Assembly (NCBI GenBank): GCA_964016885.1
Contig: OZ024742.1
Span: forward strand, 276,272,001 to 276,336,000
Reading direction: 5' to 3'
Length of the DNA stretch: 64,000 bases
Source of the DNA: Eledone cirrhosa
Lineage: Eukaryota
Shown: piece by piece, positions 39,125-52,976 of the stretch
Position numbering within the stretch: the stretch's first letter is position 1
How the letters are laid out: the number at the start of each line of letters is the position of its first letter
Program-made: the position numbers and the translations under genes
Notes under the pieces: model-generated
Seen by the model: only the letters and a program-made list of their open reading frames with translations
Database searches by the model: none
What the model was told of the DNA's origin: nothing

Positions 39125-41103
39125 GAATAGCAACAAGGAAATTACAAAACTAAATATTACTATAGCAGTGGATTAGCAATAGCAAGAATATTACCAAACT
39201 AAATGTTGTTATGAGAGCAGTGGAATAGAAACAAGGAGATTACCAAACTAAATGTTGTTATGAGAGCAGTGGAATAGAAACAAGGAGATTACCAAACTAA
39301 ATGTTATTATGAGATCAGTGGAATAGCAACATGGAGATTACCAAACTAAATGTTGTTATGAGAGCAGTGGAATAGAAACAAGGAGATTACCAAACTAAAT
39401 GTTGTTATGAGAGCAGTGGAATAGAAACAAGGAGATTACCAAACTAAATGTTATTATGAGATCAGTGGAATAGCAACATGGAGATTACCAAACTAAATGT
39501 TGTTATGAGAGCAGTGGAATAGAAACAAGGAGATTACCAAACTAAATGTTGTTATGAGAGCAGTGGAATAGAAACAAGGAGATTACCAAACTAAATGTTG
39601 TTATGAGAGCAGTGGAATAGAAACAAGGAGATTACCAAACTAAATGTTATTATGAGATCAGTGGAATAGCAACATGGAGATTACCAAACTAAATGTTATT
39701 ATGAGAGCAGTGGAATAGAAACAAGGAGATTACCAAACTAAATGTTATTATGAGAGCAGTGGAATAGCAACATGGAGATTACCAAACTAAATGTTATCAT
39801 GAGAGCAGTGGAATAGAAACAAGGAGATAACCAAACTAAATGTTATTATGAGAGCAGTGGAATAGAAACAAGGAGATTACCAAACTAAATGTTATTATGA
39901 GAGCAGTGGAATAGCAACAAGGAAATTACAAAACTAAATATTACTATAGCAGTGGATTAGCAATAGCAAGAATATTACCAAACTAAATGTTGTTATGAGA
40001 GCAGTGGAATAGAAACAAGGAGATTACCAAACTAAATGTTATTATGAGAGCAGTGGAATAGAAACAAGGAGATTACCCAACTAAATGTTATTATGAGAGC
40101 AGTGGAATAGCAACATGGAGATTACCAAACTAAATGTTGTTATGAGAGCAGTGGAATAGAAACAAGGAGATTACCAAACTAAATGTTATTATGAGAGCAG
40201 TGGAATAGAAACAAGGAGATTACCAAACTAAATGTTGTTATGAGAGCAGTGGAATAGCAACAAGGAGATTACCAAACTAAATGTTATTATGAGAGCAGTG
40301 GAATAGCAACATAGAGATTACCAAACTAAATGTTATTATGAGAGCAGTGGAATAGAAACAAGGAGATTACCAAACTAAATGTTATTATGAGAACAGTGGA
40401 ATAGAAACAAGGAGATTACCAAACTAAATGTTATTATGAAAGCAGTGGAATAGAAACAAGGAGATTACCAAACTAAATGTTATTATGAGAGCAGTGGAAT
40501 AGCAACATGGAGATTACCAAACTAAATGTTATTATGAGAGCAGTGGAATAGAAACAAGGAGATTACCAAACTAAATGTTATTATGAGAGCAGTGGAATAG
40601 CAACATGGAGATTACCAAACTAAATGTTATTATGAGAGCAGTGGAATAGAAACAAGATTACCAAACTAAATGTTATTATGAGAGCAGTGGAATAGCAACA
40701 TGGAGATTACCAAACTAAATATTATGAGAGCAGTGGAATAGCAACATGGAGATTACCAAACTAAATGTTATTATGAGAGCAGTGGAATAGAAACAAGGAG
40801 ATTACCAAACTAAATGTTATTATGAGAGCAGTGGAATAGCAACATGGAGATTACCAAACTAAATGTTATTATGAGAGCAGTGGAATAGAAACAAGGAGAT
40901 TACCAAACTAAATGTTATTATGAGAGCAGTGGAATAGCAACATGGAGATTACCAAACTAAATATTATGAGAGCAGTGGAATAGCAACAAGATTACCAAAC
41001 TAAATATTATTATAGCAGTGGAATAGCAACAACAGGGAGAATACCAAATTAAATATTATTATAGCTGTGGATTAGCAACAACAGGGAGATTACCAAACTA
41101 AAT
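39125..41103. repeat. 49-bp minisatellite, about 40 copies
   Basis: Unit GAGAGCAGTGGAATAG(A/C)AACA(A/T)GGAGATTACCAAACTAAATGTT(A/G)TTAT; period 49 (e.g. 39211, 39260). Confidence 0.97.
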
Positions 41104-43173
41104 GCCTTGCACTGAATAGCTGCATCTCTTTTAACATACTAAGTTTGACTTGATCAAAATTAACTTTGTTTTTCAAATCTCTGGTATCAATTGAAGATGT
41201 AGCCATAATATACTAAGTTCATTTCAAGCAAATTATCTGCTCCCAAATTTGTAGCCTATGTAAGAAAAACTCCATCTCTATTATTGACGTTAATTTAATC
41301 ATCTAGCACCCCATCCCAATTTTTTAGCCATATAACTATGCTTTAATACAAGATTTTGTTAACTCATCAGCATTGTTTTTACATTTGGTTTTTCCACAGG
41401 GAGGAAAACCCTTCCTAATGCCAACCCAAACATTATTTTTAGTATAGCATATATGGCTGACATCCATCAAACCACCACACTACAGGACATTGTTTATGAG
41501 TGACATAAACAAGTATAATCACTTGTCTTTTTTTGTTTGTTTTTTTTTTTAAATGGTGATATGAAGATGCCCGTGGCAAATAATACACATACATGTACAA
41601 ACACACATATGCATAAATACCAGCTTACAGGTATTAAGTTTGAGTTTCACAGGTGACACTGTCTACTTTTTCTGTCTCTAACCTGCATTCACATGCATAG
41701 AAATTGTTAACTTAAATGATACAAAAAAACTAACGCACATTCAAATTCATAATTAGCCCAAAGTTGGTCACCCAACATTTCTGCTACACTGAACACTCCA
41801 CCCACCACCTCACAGTTTTCAGCCTTGTTGCTTGCCCCGGCCGGACCTCCAGACTCACACCTGAGGAGAGAACAGCACATTTTTTCTCTCCAAACTTTTA
41901 CTGGACACAGCCTAAATGTTCCACCCCTCTTCCTTTAACTTTCTTTCTCCCAACACCTACCTCCCATCCAAGCTCCACTTTACCAACATACCCACTCATA
42001 CATGTAGAGAGACACACTAACATAGATAGATAGGAAAAAACACACACATCATCACAACTAATTAATTAGTTACTCCAACACGACCATAGATACACATTTA
42101 ATTTTACTAATGTTACTAATTAACTAATTAATTATACTAACAGACCACCTTTTTACACCAACACACAGGTACTACTCCAGCACTCACCAACACACCCACT
42201 GACATGCATACATAGACACACCAACATGACCATAGACATATAATTACATTTAACTTTCTAACACTACTAATTAACTAACCAATCATTCTAACACAGCAAC
42301 AAGACAACTTAAATATTAACACTACACTCCTTTACTATCAGCACACACACATCACTACCACCACCACCACAAATAGGCACAACAGATCACCCTCACACTG
42401 ACCCTGTTACTACCCTACCTCCTTTTTGTATCACCAAACCATCACCCCATACCACTTCTGTTCTTAATGCACTACACAGGGCCACTCCACCCACTCCTCC
42501 TCCTCTGACCACTGCATACCATTCCTTCCCACATGCTTCAATTCCAGGCCTGGATTATACCACACACAGATACAGTCATACAAACTTATGCACACATAAA
42601 GAATTCACAGATATAGACAAACATAAACACACACGCACCCAAAATCCAGACACTCATACATAAACATACACTAACACACGTGTGCACACATGCACACAAA
42701 AAAGAAACAACATAAAAAAATTCACAGACAAGCAGATACACACATGCACACTTCTATCAACAATACACAAATCACACACACAGAGAAGAAATAATACACA
42801 CCTACAAAATGCACTCCATCTGCACATGTGTACCAACACCCATGACTACACCTAGATTTTCCATTTGTATACCCATTCCATGTAAGCTCTCAACTATGAA
42901 GCAGGGGATGCATCTATTTTGTAGACCAGACAAATTTGAGCGGAATGGAATGATATATATGCCTTGTCCAGAGACACAATATATATATTTTTTTTAATTA
43001 AAGTGTCTCAATCCTAGTTTTCATTGGCATTAAACAACTGAGAGTACACGACTTCCCCAGTCTTGTACTCATTTTCAACTGAGTGTATTAGAACAACATG
43101 AAATAAAGAGTTTTGCTCAAGAACACTATGTACAACCTGGTCCAGGAATTAACTCATAACATTATGATCATAA

Positions 43174-43282
43174 GTTCAAATTCCGCCGAGGTTAACTTTG
43201 CCTTTCATCCTTTTGGGGTCGATAAAATAAAGTACCAGTAATACACTGCATAATTGCTGGCCTTGTGCCAAAAGTAGAAACA
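43174..43282 (+). mobile_element. SINE family 1, 5'-truncated at the B box, nested in an older SINE
   Basis: 13-bp TSD ATTATGATCATAA at 43161-43173 and 43283-43295. Confidence 0.85.
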
Positions 43283-43599
43283 ATTATGATCATAAACCCA
43301 ACACCTTAACCACAATAGAATGGCTGTAGACAATTTACATACTGAGAGCTAGTTAGAAATTGCTAAAAATTATAAAACATGAGAAACAATACTCAATCAA
43401 CACTACACCAATGAACAAGCCCACGCAATGTAGGAAAATGGTATGCAGAACTTCAAGCACAAGCTGCCTCATAGTCCCACCGAACAGAATGGAAAAACCG
43501 TTACCTCAGATGATAACAAAGGAAAGCCACTGAAATAGTCATACCAACTTGCAGGGCTCACTCCTAAGGGTGAGGCCAACTCTGTCTTGATAACAGTGA

Positions 43600-43900
43600 G
43601 TAGGAGGGTGGGACAATGACCAAGATTGCCAGTAAATCTCCATCGCTACAAGTTTAACAATGAACCTATCAGAATGTGGACAATACTTCAACTGCTTGCA
43701 ATCTTCATCTTGTCAAGTAATGAAGTCTGTGTCTGTTGCCGAATGCACCAGATTGCTGCATGTTGCTTCCCCAATTAAAGGCTCACCACTGCAGAACAAG
43801 ATCGTGAGGCCATCTAGCATTTTACTGTCACCCTCTATCCGACTCCACCAGCTCAAGCTGTGTAAGATTAAAATCATGATCGTTTGGTCATCCGTTCTGA
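43600..43900 (-). mobile_element. CRE-like non-LTR retrotransposon restriction-like endonuclease fragment
   Basis: GDSKMLDGLTILFCSGEPLIGEATCS resembles the degenerate RPDGLT...LxWDATC motif. Confidence 0.45.
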
Positions 43901-44447
43901 CCAACAACAACATTACCAATATTATTCCTCAGTGTGGGTTGTTTCGCCCTTTGGAGTAACACAGTGCAGTGAATGTGTGTGTGTGCATGCACACATGCAT
44001 GCATACGTTCGTGTGTGTCTGCATGCATGCATTTACACACACACACTCATTTAAATGTTTCAATACTTCACTATATACACATTCTTCTGAATTATATTGT
44101 ATTTTAGTATCACCTTTCTTGCTCTTGTAAGCAAATAATGAAATTATTGTTGTTATTAATTACCATTATTACTATTAGTATCATTCTTTATACGGCTGTC
44201 TGTGATAAAGTTGTGTTCATTGCTCTATGAAATAATCATTGTGTTAAGACAAGTAAATATTACATATAGAAAAAAAGCCATTGTTACATGTCAATCAATA
44301 AATGGTATCTGATACATCAACTAATACGTAAATTATACTCTATTGTTGTTACACTAATCAATAAAATCTACAGTTAAAATAACATAGAAGTTAGATTATA
44401 ATCTAACTTGTATGTTATCTATATTTACACACACATACAGAAGTATG

Positions 44448-44452
<5 letters not shown>

Positions 44453-44487
<35 letters not shown>
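44453..44487. repeat. (TA)n microsatellite
   Basis: Direct reading. Confidence 0.95.
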
Positions 44488-44491
<4 letters not shown>

Positions 44492-46429
44492 TTTTCTCAA
44501 TAATCAATTCTCAGCAATAACAAATAAATAAATAAATGATAAATGAAATAACATGTATATATATATATATATTATCAACAACTATAGGAGAAGAAATGTC
44601 TCATAAACCATTATAACATCATTGGAGATTGTGTCTTCATGTAATGATATTAAGGGAAGATAGCTTACATTGGTTTCCTGTTGTCTTTTCCAATAACTAG
44701 ACTTTGTAGCATTAAGCAGAGATGAATGAAGAACCATGTCTTGGAGAGGACCATAGTTTATTACAGGTAAGTTTCTGGAAGAAACCTAGTACTTACTCAC
44801 CTCTGACTGCTAAGTGAATCCAAGCAATGTATCGTTCACTGCTCTACACAGAAATCTAAGTGGGCCTGCAATTCAATATCTTATCTCTCTGCTATTTCAT
44901 CTTTACGATAAAAAGTAAGCTTAATTTGTCAGTGATAGACCTAATCAGTTGCCCAGTTTAGGACCATCACCCAGCCTTTGTTGCAAGCATTTGAAACAGA
45001 TCTCCAATCAGAGGGTAAGTTGATATTTTTATATACTGCTTTGCAAAGTATCTTTCCTAGCATAGTGCTATTGTTTGTAAAAATATTGAGGTGGCAGTGG
45101 ATTTCAAGAAGATATCTATAACTAGATACAGCATAGCCTGGATCATGGTCTCAGAATATCTGCAATAGAGAAGCACCTTGGAAGTTTGCCTATTTGCAGA
45201 AAAACTCACTAACCCTATAGAAGTAATGGTTAGCAACAACCCATGGGTCATGTTTTTCCCCACCCCATGGGAGACCTTGCGATAGTGATGGGCAACACAC
45301 ATAGCCTGGTACTATAAGAAGACTTTGGAAAGTCACCATTTTGCTGAAAGACCCACTCACACTATTGAAGTAACAGAGTTAGTAGCAACCTACGGGTCAT
45401 GTGATGGGTATAGCCAGAGTCTGGCACTGTAGAAGACCTTGGAAGGTTGTCTCTTTGCTGAAAAACCCACTCACAGTATGAAAGAAACAGGAATGAGATA
45501 ACAATAACCTATGGTCATGTATTTTATCCACCCACACTCCATGGTATCAGAACCCCTGCAAGAGTAGCGGGCATTTTTCCTTTCTCCTTTAACTAAGTCA
45601 TAAAAAACATTTTAAGCAAGCAAATCATTTAAAGAATATCCCCCACCCCCACCCAATAATATAACAACAACAATCTTTTTTATAACCACTTATTTTAATC
45701 AGTCATGACAGAATTGAACTATACAAGTCCTATTGTACTGTTAAAAATTACACACCCTTCTCTGATATCATCCTACCCAGTAAACATTGTATATATACAT
45801 TATCCTACTTGTTAGATATAAAACATTATAAATCTGCTAGACTGGCATTGAAAACATTAATTCTGGCTGTTTCTGTCAGAACACTTTGTCCAGTGCATCA
45901 CCAATTCTTTGTACAGAAATAAGAAATACAAACAAATAAAACTACTATATATAACAGAAGAAATCTAAGTACAATCAATATTGCATGATAAAATACTCCA
46001 ATCTAACACACTCCAACTACTACAACTGTAAATATAAATACAGCTTTGCCATCAATATGTAAACTACTACTAGCAAATAAATGTTTACTTTCTGCTTATA
46101 TTTATTTGCTTTTTATGAAAGTCAATACTCTACTATTAAGTTCATCAAAGCAATGGATTTGCTTACAATACAAATTTTCCAATTATTACATAACAATGGG
46201 TTGGGTTAAGGTAAGGGAGTAAGTTCTAAATTCAGTTAATAAACTAATAATAATAACGATGATGATGGCAGTGGCGATGATAAGATTGATAGGAGGACTG
46301 CCACCTTAGAGCCAATCAAGAAACCCCTACCATGAATACCAAGAATAAGCCCTCTTCCAGCTGTATTCTCTAGCCTATAGGTACATATCAGGAGTAGGCC
46401 TATTTACTGAAGCCATGCCTGCCCCTCTA

Positions 46430-46620
46430 ACTTACCCTTACTGGACGAGAGCACCTCCCTATCCACCTTTAATTACCTCTTCAAGGAAAACTTGAAAAAA
46501 GCGACAAGGACTTAACTGAAGCGGAAAGTGTTTGTCTTTGATCCTTTTAGATATGTCTCCTGTACAACCTCTTGCAACATAGCCACCAGACAGAAGAAAA
46601 CTGTTTCTCATCCCCAGCCA
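46430..46620 (-). mobile_element. Tx1-type LINE C-terminal fragment
   Basis: Minus strand FFKFSLKR*LKVDREVLSSSK aligns with the 30680-31060 insert peptide. Confidence 0.5.
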
Positions 46621-47137
46621 AAAGAAGAAGAAGGGGTGTGAGGGGGGGGGGGGGTATTCATAATGAACTCAACCAATACCTACAATCAACAATAACTGTT
46701 CAACAAAACTCCAGTAATGTTTGGACACTGAACAAGTACATGCAGAACAGTTTTGTTGCTCTCCATGCTTGTACAGTTTATTTCATCAAAACCAGTAATA
46801 CCCCAGTAGAACTACCAGGCTAAGGGTTTCTGGAAGTTATCCATAGTCCCTGCTCCAAGAGTCCTCCAGAACAATTCAGCCAGCTGGTTCTCAGCAATAC
46901 CCAAAGTTTCCTTCACACCACTAGTTCTCTATAGACTTAACATTGATGTTTGCTCATCTGTATTGCCTAACTGGTATTTACTTGAGACAGGACTGCAACT
47001 CTGTTAAGAGACAAACAGTAGGAAAAGGAATAAGGTATTCATATCTGCTCACTATTCAGGAATTTCTGCAGATGCTGCAGACTCAGCATGCTTGCACAGC
47101 ATCAACTATAGCATATTGAGACGCCCATGTTGAATGT

Positions 47138-48022
47138 GTTAGCAGCTGATGAAAGTATTGAAGCCAGAGTGAGAATGGGGTGGAAGAAGTTCAGGGAGCT
47201 GTTACTTCCGCTGGCAACAAAAGCTTCTCTCTCAGAGTAAAGAGCAGATTATATGATGCATGTGTTCGAATTGTAATGTTACATAGCAGTGAGATGTGCA
47301 CATTTGAGGTGGCTGAAAAGAAATGAAGTGAGCATGCTTCACTGGATGTGTAATGTTAGTGTGCATGCACATCAGAGCACAAGTGAACAAAGAGAAAGGT
47401 TGAATATAAGTGGAAATGTAGTATGCAAGAGGGATAATTGCATTGGTACAGGTATATGGTGCATAAGGAAAAGGAGAAGTGTATAAAAAAAAAAGTGACA
47501 AGCACTTAAAGTGGATGGATCTTATGGAAGAGGGAGACTGAGAAAGATATAGGATGAAGTTGTGAGGAATGACATAAAAAAATTGAACATAAAAGAGATG
47601 TCATAGAACCAAGCAGACTGGCAATATGCCATAATGCAAAAGATTCATCTCCCTGTACAAGGACTTTGACACTTATAAATGAGATGAGAGACAGGAAGCT
47701 ACAGTGTTTGACAATTAAACAAAGATACTATGTGGCCTAAGAAGACTCGCTGGTGCCTATATAAAATTCACCCAGTACACTCTATAAAGTAGTAGTAGTG
47801 GTGCCACAAAATGCATGCCTAGTTAACTCTGTAAAATGGTAATGCTGGAACTATGAAAAGGAAAACCCATCCAATACATTCTGTAAGGTTGTTGGTGTTA
47901 GGAAGGGCATCTAGCCATAGAAACCATGGAATGTAAAAGCAAAATGTGACCATACGATTGGTCTAGCCAGGGAACCAATGCCAGCATGTAAAGCAGACGT
48001 AAAAATGATGTTGATGATGATG
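47138..48022 (+). mobile_element. RTE LINE 3' fragment with UTR and (GAT)n tail
   Basis: ARVRMGWKKFRELLLPLATK...RLYDACVR...RNEVSMLHWMC matches ORF 28753..29331. Confidence 0.8.
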
Positions 48023-49054
48023 GTACAAGACTCTTAAAGGGAAGATCAGAGAATATCTTTTAAAAGAACCTACCCAAAATATGAGATATCACTTGCATTT
48101 CCTGCAACATCAATATACAAAAGTCTTTTTACTAAAATTTTTTTTATATTTACTTTTTCTACATTTTTTTCTGTGTTCCATTTCATTTTCATAGAAATAA
48201 TTAGAAAAAATAGTTATACCAATAATTGAAAACAATTTAAAATGGAGCCCCGGGTTAGAACTTCTCAAAATGCCATAGCAGTAAAAGCAGAAAGAGAGCA
48301 ACATTAACAACTATAAACATTTATCAAAGTTATTGGTAGTCATGGTATTTAATTACAAACTCATAAGCATTGCTACCAGAAAGACTTAATACATTTTATG
48401 TATGTAGATCTTTATCTTTGTTTATTCTCATTTGTATGTCCTGCCTTCCACCACCAATACCACCCAGAACTTACAAGTAAAATAAGTGAGGTGAAATGCT
48501 TTATAGCAGACTATTACTTTGTGTTAAATACAATGCAGTGATCCACTAGTTCCAAAATTGTTGGCAATTAATAGCAGGTGTAATAAAAACAGAGAGAGAG
48601 AACGAAAGAATAAACAAAGAAGTAAAAGGTCCAGAAAAGAACAACAGGTTTTTAATTACAGATTATTAAGGAAGCAATCACCCTGATTAATTGGTGCTTT
48701 TCAGATCATAACAGATTACAAGAATTATTAAAAGAATTTGATAGCACAATCAACAACGCTAGTTAGAAAACAAAGCATATAGCTTGTAAAGCACTGTTTA
48801 GAATGTTCTACTTAGTCAACAGCAATAACAGAAATGATTTGCAGCAAATAAGGTAAACAGAATTAACTTTTAAAAAAGGGGGGGGGGGGGGGGGGGGCTA
48901 TGCTTTATCTAGGTTCTGTAAGCGTTCAATTTTGTAGCTATGGTTATTGTTTAGCACTCCCATGTCAGTGAACAAAACTGTTCTGGTCATCAATATTCCA
49001 TCTTTTCTTTGGTCACATTGCAATCAGAATTATATTACCCAATATGCACTTCAT

Positions 49055-49400
49055 GAATCCCTCATCTGGGATGCCAAATGTTGCGACACATTCTCCACCT
49101 TCAACTTAGTTGCTTTGGCCACAAACCCCAGTACTGTGGCCTGCAATGCAGAAGAAAGGAAGATAAACAAATACTGGGAATTGTCAGGCCGCTTCTTCTT
49201 CGCACCAGTTGCCGTCGGGACCTCAGGCGTACTTAGACCCCGTACTGCTGAGCAAGATCAGAATGCAAGATCAGAATGTCAGTAGTGCAAGATCAGAATG
49301 TCAGTAGCCTGTCTGAGGAAAGATCATCACGGGGTGGGGGTGGCTGTTGCAAAAGGTGTCACTGGCCATTGTCCGCGGGAATGCTTTTGTGGTTTTTTCC
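49055..49400 (+). mobile_element. CRE-like RLE-domain 3' fragment
   Basis: LIWDAKCCDTF...AEERKINKY..L...FFFAPVAVGTSGVL motif. Confidence 0.6.
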
Positions 49401-50257
49401 GTGAGGTGCAGCCACAATACCACCATGCCCTAGGCCTAGAGCCCATCACCTTCTCCTCCTGTGACTCTAGAGCCCTTGCTTTTCCCTTCCTTTTCCGTTT
49501 TCATAACCATAAGAGACACTTGAATTATTTATTACGTTATTGACTGGATTAGTATTTCTTTTATCAACGTCGAAAGGATGGAAGACAAAGTTGACCTCAG
49601 CAGGATTTGAATTCAGAGTATTTACTTAGTTGTTATCTCCAGCCAAATGAATGATTAACTAAACTGGCAGCAAAATGGCTGCAGGTGTAATAGTGTACAG
49701 AATCACCAACTCATGGAACATAAGATCATATCTGCAAAAGACATTTCATAGTGTGACTGGTGACTCTACAGGACACTTAATTTTGTATTAGCTCAGATGT
49801 GTTTAGTTAGCAAGAATATTTTTACACTGATTTCTTTTTTTGTTTCAGATTTCAGTCATGGGACTGTAGCCATATAGGGAGATCAGCATTAGCATATGGT
49901 CAATATTATATCATCCTCTATCTATCTGGTGTTTTGTTTTAATGGGCTCTGGAAGATGAAAATCAAAGCTGAACTGGGTAGGATTTGAACTCAGAATGGA
50001 AAAACAAATATTGCATGGTATTTTCTTCAATGCTCTACCAATTCTGTCAAGTACTGCCAGTGATAATGAACGAAAAATAGAAAGAAACATGGACATTACA
50101 CCTTAAGTAAATGCCGAAACTGCAAAGAAAACAAAGAAGTTCATCACTGTATTTATTAGACAAATATTAGAGTGTAAATCAATTAAGAAAGAGAGCTATG
50201 GTAACAAATGGGCTACAAACCTCAAACTGTGTAAGGGTAGATTTCAAATGGTTAATT

Positions 50258-50430
50258 TATAATTGTTTCTACTTTTGGTACAAGGCCAGTAATTACCCCA
50301 GTGAATTATTAATGCTTTATTTTATTGACCCCGTAAGGATAAAAGGTAAAGCAAACCTCAGCGAGATTTGAACTCAGAACGTAAAGGGCCATAACTCTGT
50401 GCTGCAAAGCATGGTGTCTGACAATCCATC
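50258..50430 (-). mobile_element. SINE family 1
   Basis: Reverse-complement match; GTTAATTTATAAT direct repeats flank it. Confidence 0.8.
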
Positions 50431-52444
50431 GTTAATTTATAATACACAGTAAATTGTTTAGAAGTGCCATTATCATTTATTTCTAAGAAATATTAAAGAA
50501 CTATTTCTGTCAGACATTCCTTACTGTAATATTCTCAGCTCCTGGACTGCTGTTTTCCTCTGCAAAATCAGGAGGAACACATCTCACCTGAGGAAAGAGA
50601 CCCATGAGGTGTGTTTCTGGCTGCTCTCTGTAGCAATGCTTTCGCCATCTTGTCTATGGGGTGCAACTGAGATATACTGCCAAGCCAGATATATAGATTC
50701 TGCCCCCCACTCCCTTCTATCTTCCACTCTTTTTTTTTTTTTTTATAATTTAATTTTTTCTCTCTTCCAGTTTATTATGTGAAATATTTATGTAAATATA
50801 GTTTATATACATTAAACAACTACATCCATCATTCTTTGTCAATACCACCCTCTTCAAATTCCTTCAAATCTGGTTCAATGTTATTTTTATTTTATTTTAT
50901 CCTGCTCTAAGAATCTGACTATTGCGCCTTCTGCCACTAACACTTGTTACCTCACCCTATTCCCTCCCTCTCTCACACTATCCCAATATATTTATACTTC
51001 AACACCAGTTGACATTTAGTCTCTGCCTTTCCTTGAAATATTCTGACTAAAACATTAAAGTTCTTTTCTTTCTTCCTCAACACAAAATTCATTCCACTAT
51101 TTAAACTATTTAAACAATCCTTTCTTTTCAGAGCATATAACATCTGGCTATGTATATTCCCTCCAAAAATATAATTAAACAACATGAAACTACACTAACC
51201 TTACACTGCTAGCAGCAACTTAGTGTGTGTGTGGGGGGGGGGGGCACAGACAACACTTTAAGAGGGAGTCACTCTACTATATGTTGGGGGGGGGGGGGCT
51301 TAAACACTGCCCTCAACACCAGCTACACTCTGGTTGTACACACTTTAGCCATGTTACTTTTTTTTTCACCTTAGAAATATGGTGATTCTTTATTGATGTT
51401 TATAATAGTAAAAACAATTTAATAGAAAAGAAAAAGAATGTCAGCTATCTCCTCTATCCCCTCAACTCTGGCCAAAAGAGGTCCAAAAAGGGTTTAGGCA
51501 TGGCCCTTCTTTCTAACAAATAAAATAGTAATGTATTAAAAGCTACTTCTTTGTTGTGACCTAAATGCCTGTGTGTTACCATGCAACATTCCTCTGGTTA
51601 GTCTTTAGATTATTAATTTTCATTTGCTTGATTTATTTATTCATTCATTATCTATCTATATATTTTTACACATCAAACTCCACCTTACGAGATAAGATGA
51701 ACTTATATCTACAACATGTAGTGGTGGTGACTTGAGGGTAAATACTTAAGGACTAAATCAGTGACTCAGCAGAGCAGAGAAAGACAGATAAGCTGTAAAC
51801 TGATATTCAATCTACATACATTCGCTAGCTTAAAGAAATACAAACATCTAATCAGGATAAAAATTCAGTGAAAAACGTTGCTCTCTCTCTATCTCTCTCA
51901 TCTTCATGTCTGTCTGTCAGCCTGCCTGCATACATACATGCCTCTCGCACATCAATAAGAGAAATACAATACATTAGTAAAGTTAACAAAATGCATCACA
52001 TTGATTTCTTGTTACTAGGCACAAAGTCCAGCATTTTTGTTTATGGAGACACCATTTTATTACTAGTATATATATTTTTAACAACAACCTCTTGGGTGAG
52101 AAAAATAATAAGTAAATTCAACTTGAGCAGGGTTTTAACTTGTAGTAGTGAAGCATCAAACCAGGCACACTAATCCAGCTCATTGTTCATGCCCTGTTGG
52201 CCAAATCTAAAGGAAAATATTTCATTGTTGTTATGATTCACACCCGTGCAGATTTAGCTAACTCTAACCTCCTAAGATGTTACACATCAGAGGAGGTTCC
52301 TTGGGTGTTTAAATGATATAGGACCCTGATCCTATCATAAAGATATGATTAGCAATATTTTAAATGTGAGTCTAAGATGTTTTTACTACTCTAACGTGCT
52401 AGGAGCAATGTTATCTCAAACAACCTTACATTATTATGTTTCTA

Positions 52445-52792
52445 GGGCGGTGGATCGGCAGTATCGGTACTGGGTCGGACGCCATGCTTTGCAGCAAAGA
52501 GTTACGGCCCTTACGGGGTCGATAAAATAAAGTACCAGTAATACACTGAGATAATTACTGGCCTTGTGCCAAAAGTAGAAACAATTATTATGTTTCATAG
52601 GTGGTGGATTGACAGTATCAGCAGAGGGTCGGACGCTATGCTTTGACGCACAGAGTTACGGTCCTTGTTATTCTGAGTTTGAATCCCGCCGAGGTTAACT
52701 TTGCCTTTCATCCTTACGGGGTCGATAAAATAAAGTACCAGTAATGCACTGGGTAATTGCTGGCCTTGTGCCAAAAAGTAGAAACAATTATT
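52445..52792 (+). mobile_element. Tandem pair of family 1 SINEs (first copy lacks the B box)
   Basis: Two heads (52445 and about 52599) and two tails; TTAT(TA)TGTTTC repeats at the boundaries. Confidence 0.85.
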
Positions 52793-52819
52793 GTTTCATA
52801 GCTATTGTATTTTGTTTAA

Positions 52820-52976
52820 CCCTTTAGCATTTAAACCGGCCATACCCGGTCAGAATTTTCTCACCTCTTTCTGTTTAAACCGGCCATAACTTTCTACTAG
52901 ATTCAACATTATGTGAGATAAAGCCATCACGGTGAAAATGTAATAGTAAATAAAGAGTAATGTAAATGCTAAAGGG
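52820..52976. mobile_element. TTAA MITE (piggyBac-type), short copy
   Basis: Perfect 14-bp TIR CCCTTTAGCATTTA / TAAATGCTAAAGGG with TTAA on both sides. Confidence 0.88.

Noticed and set aside
39125-41103. CRISPR-like appearance of the regular array
   Set aside because: Units are contiguous tandem repeats without unique spacers; eukaryotic context with no cas genes.
41760-42860. Long C/A-rich strand-biased stretch with a short internal duplication
   Set aside because: Low complexity; no motif or frame that I could support.
44801-44866. Strong donor GAG|GTGAGT with possible upstream acceptors on the minus strand
   Set aside because: No convincing reading frame or hydrophobic leader; it could be a UTR exon but is unsupported.
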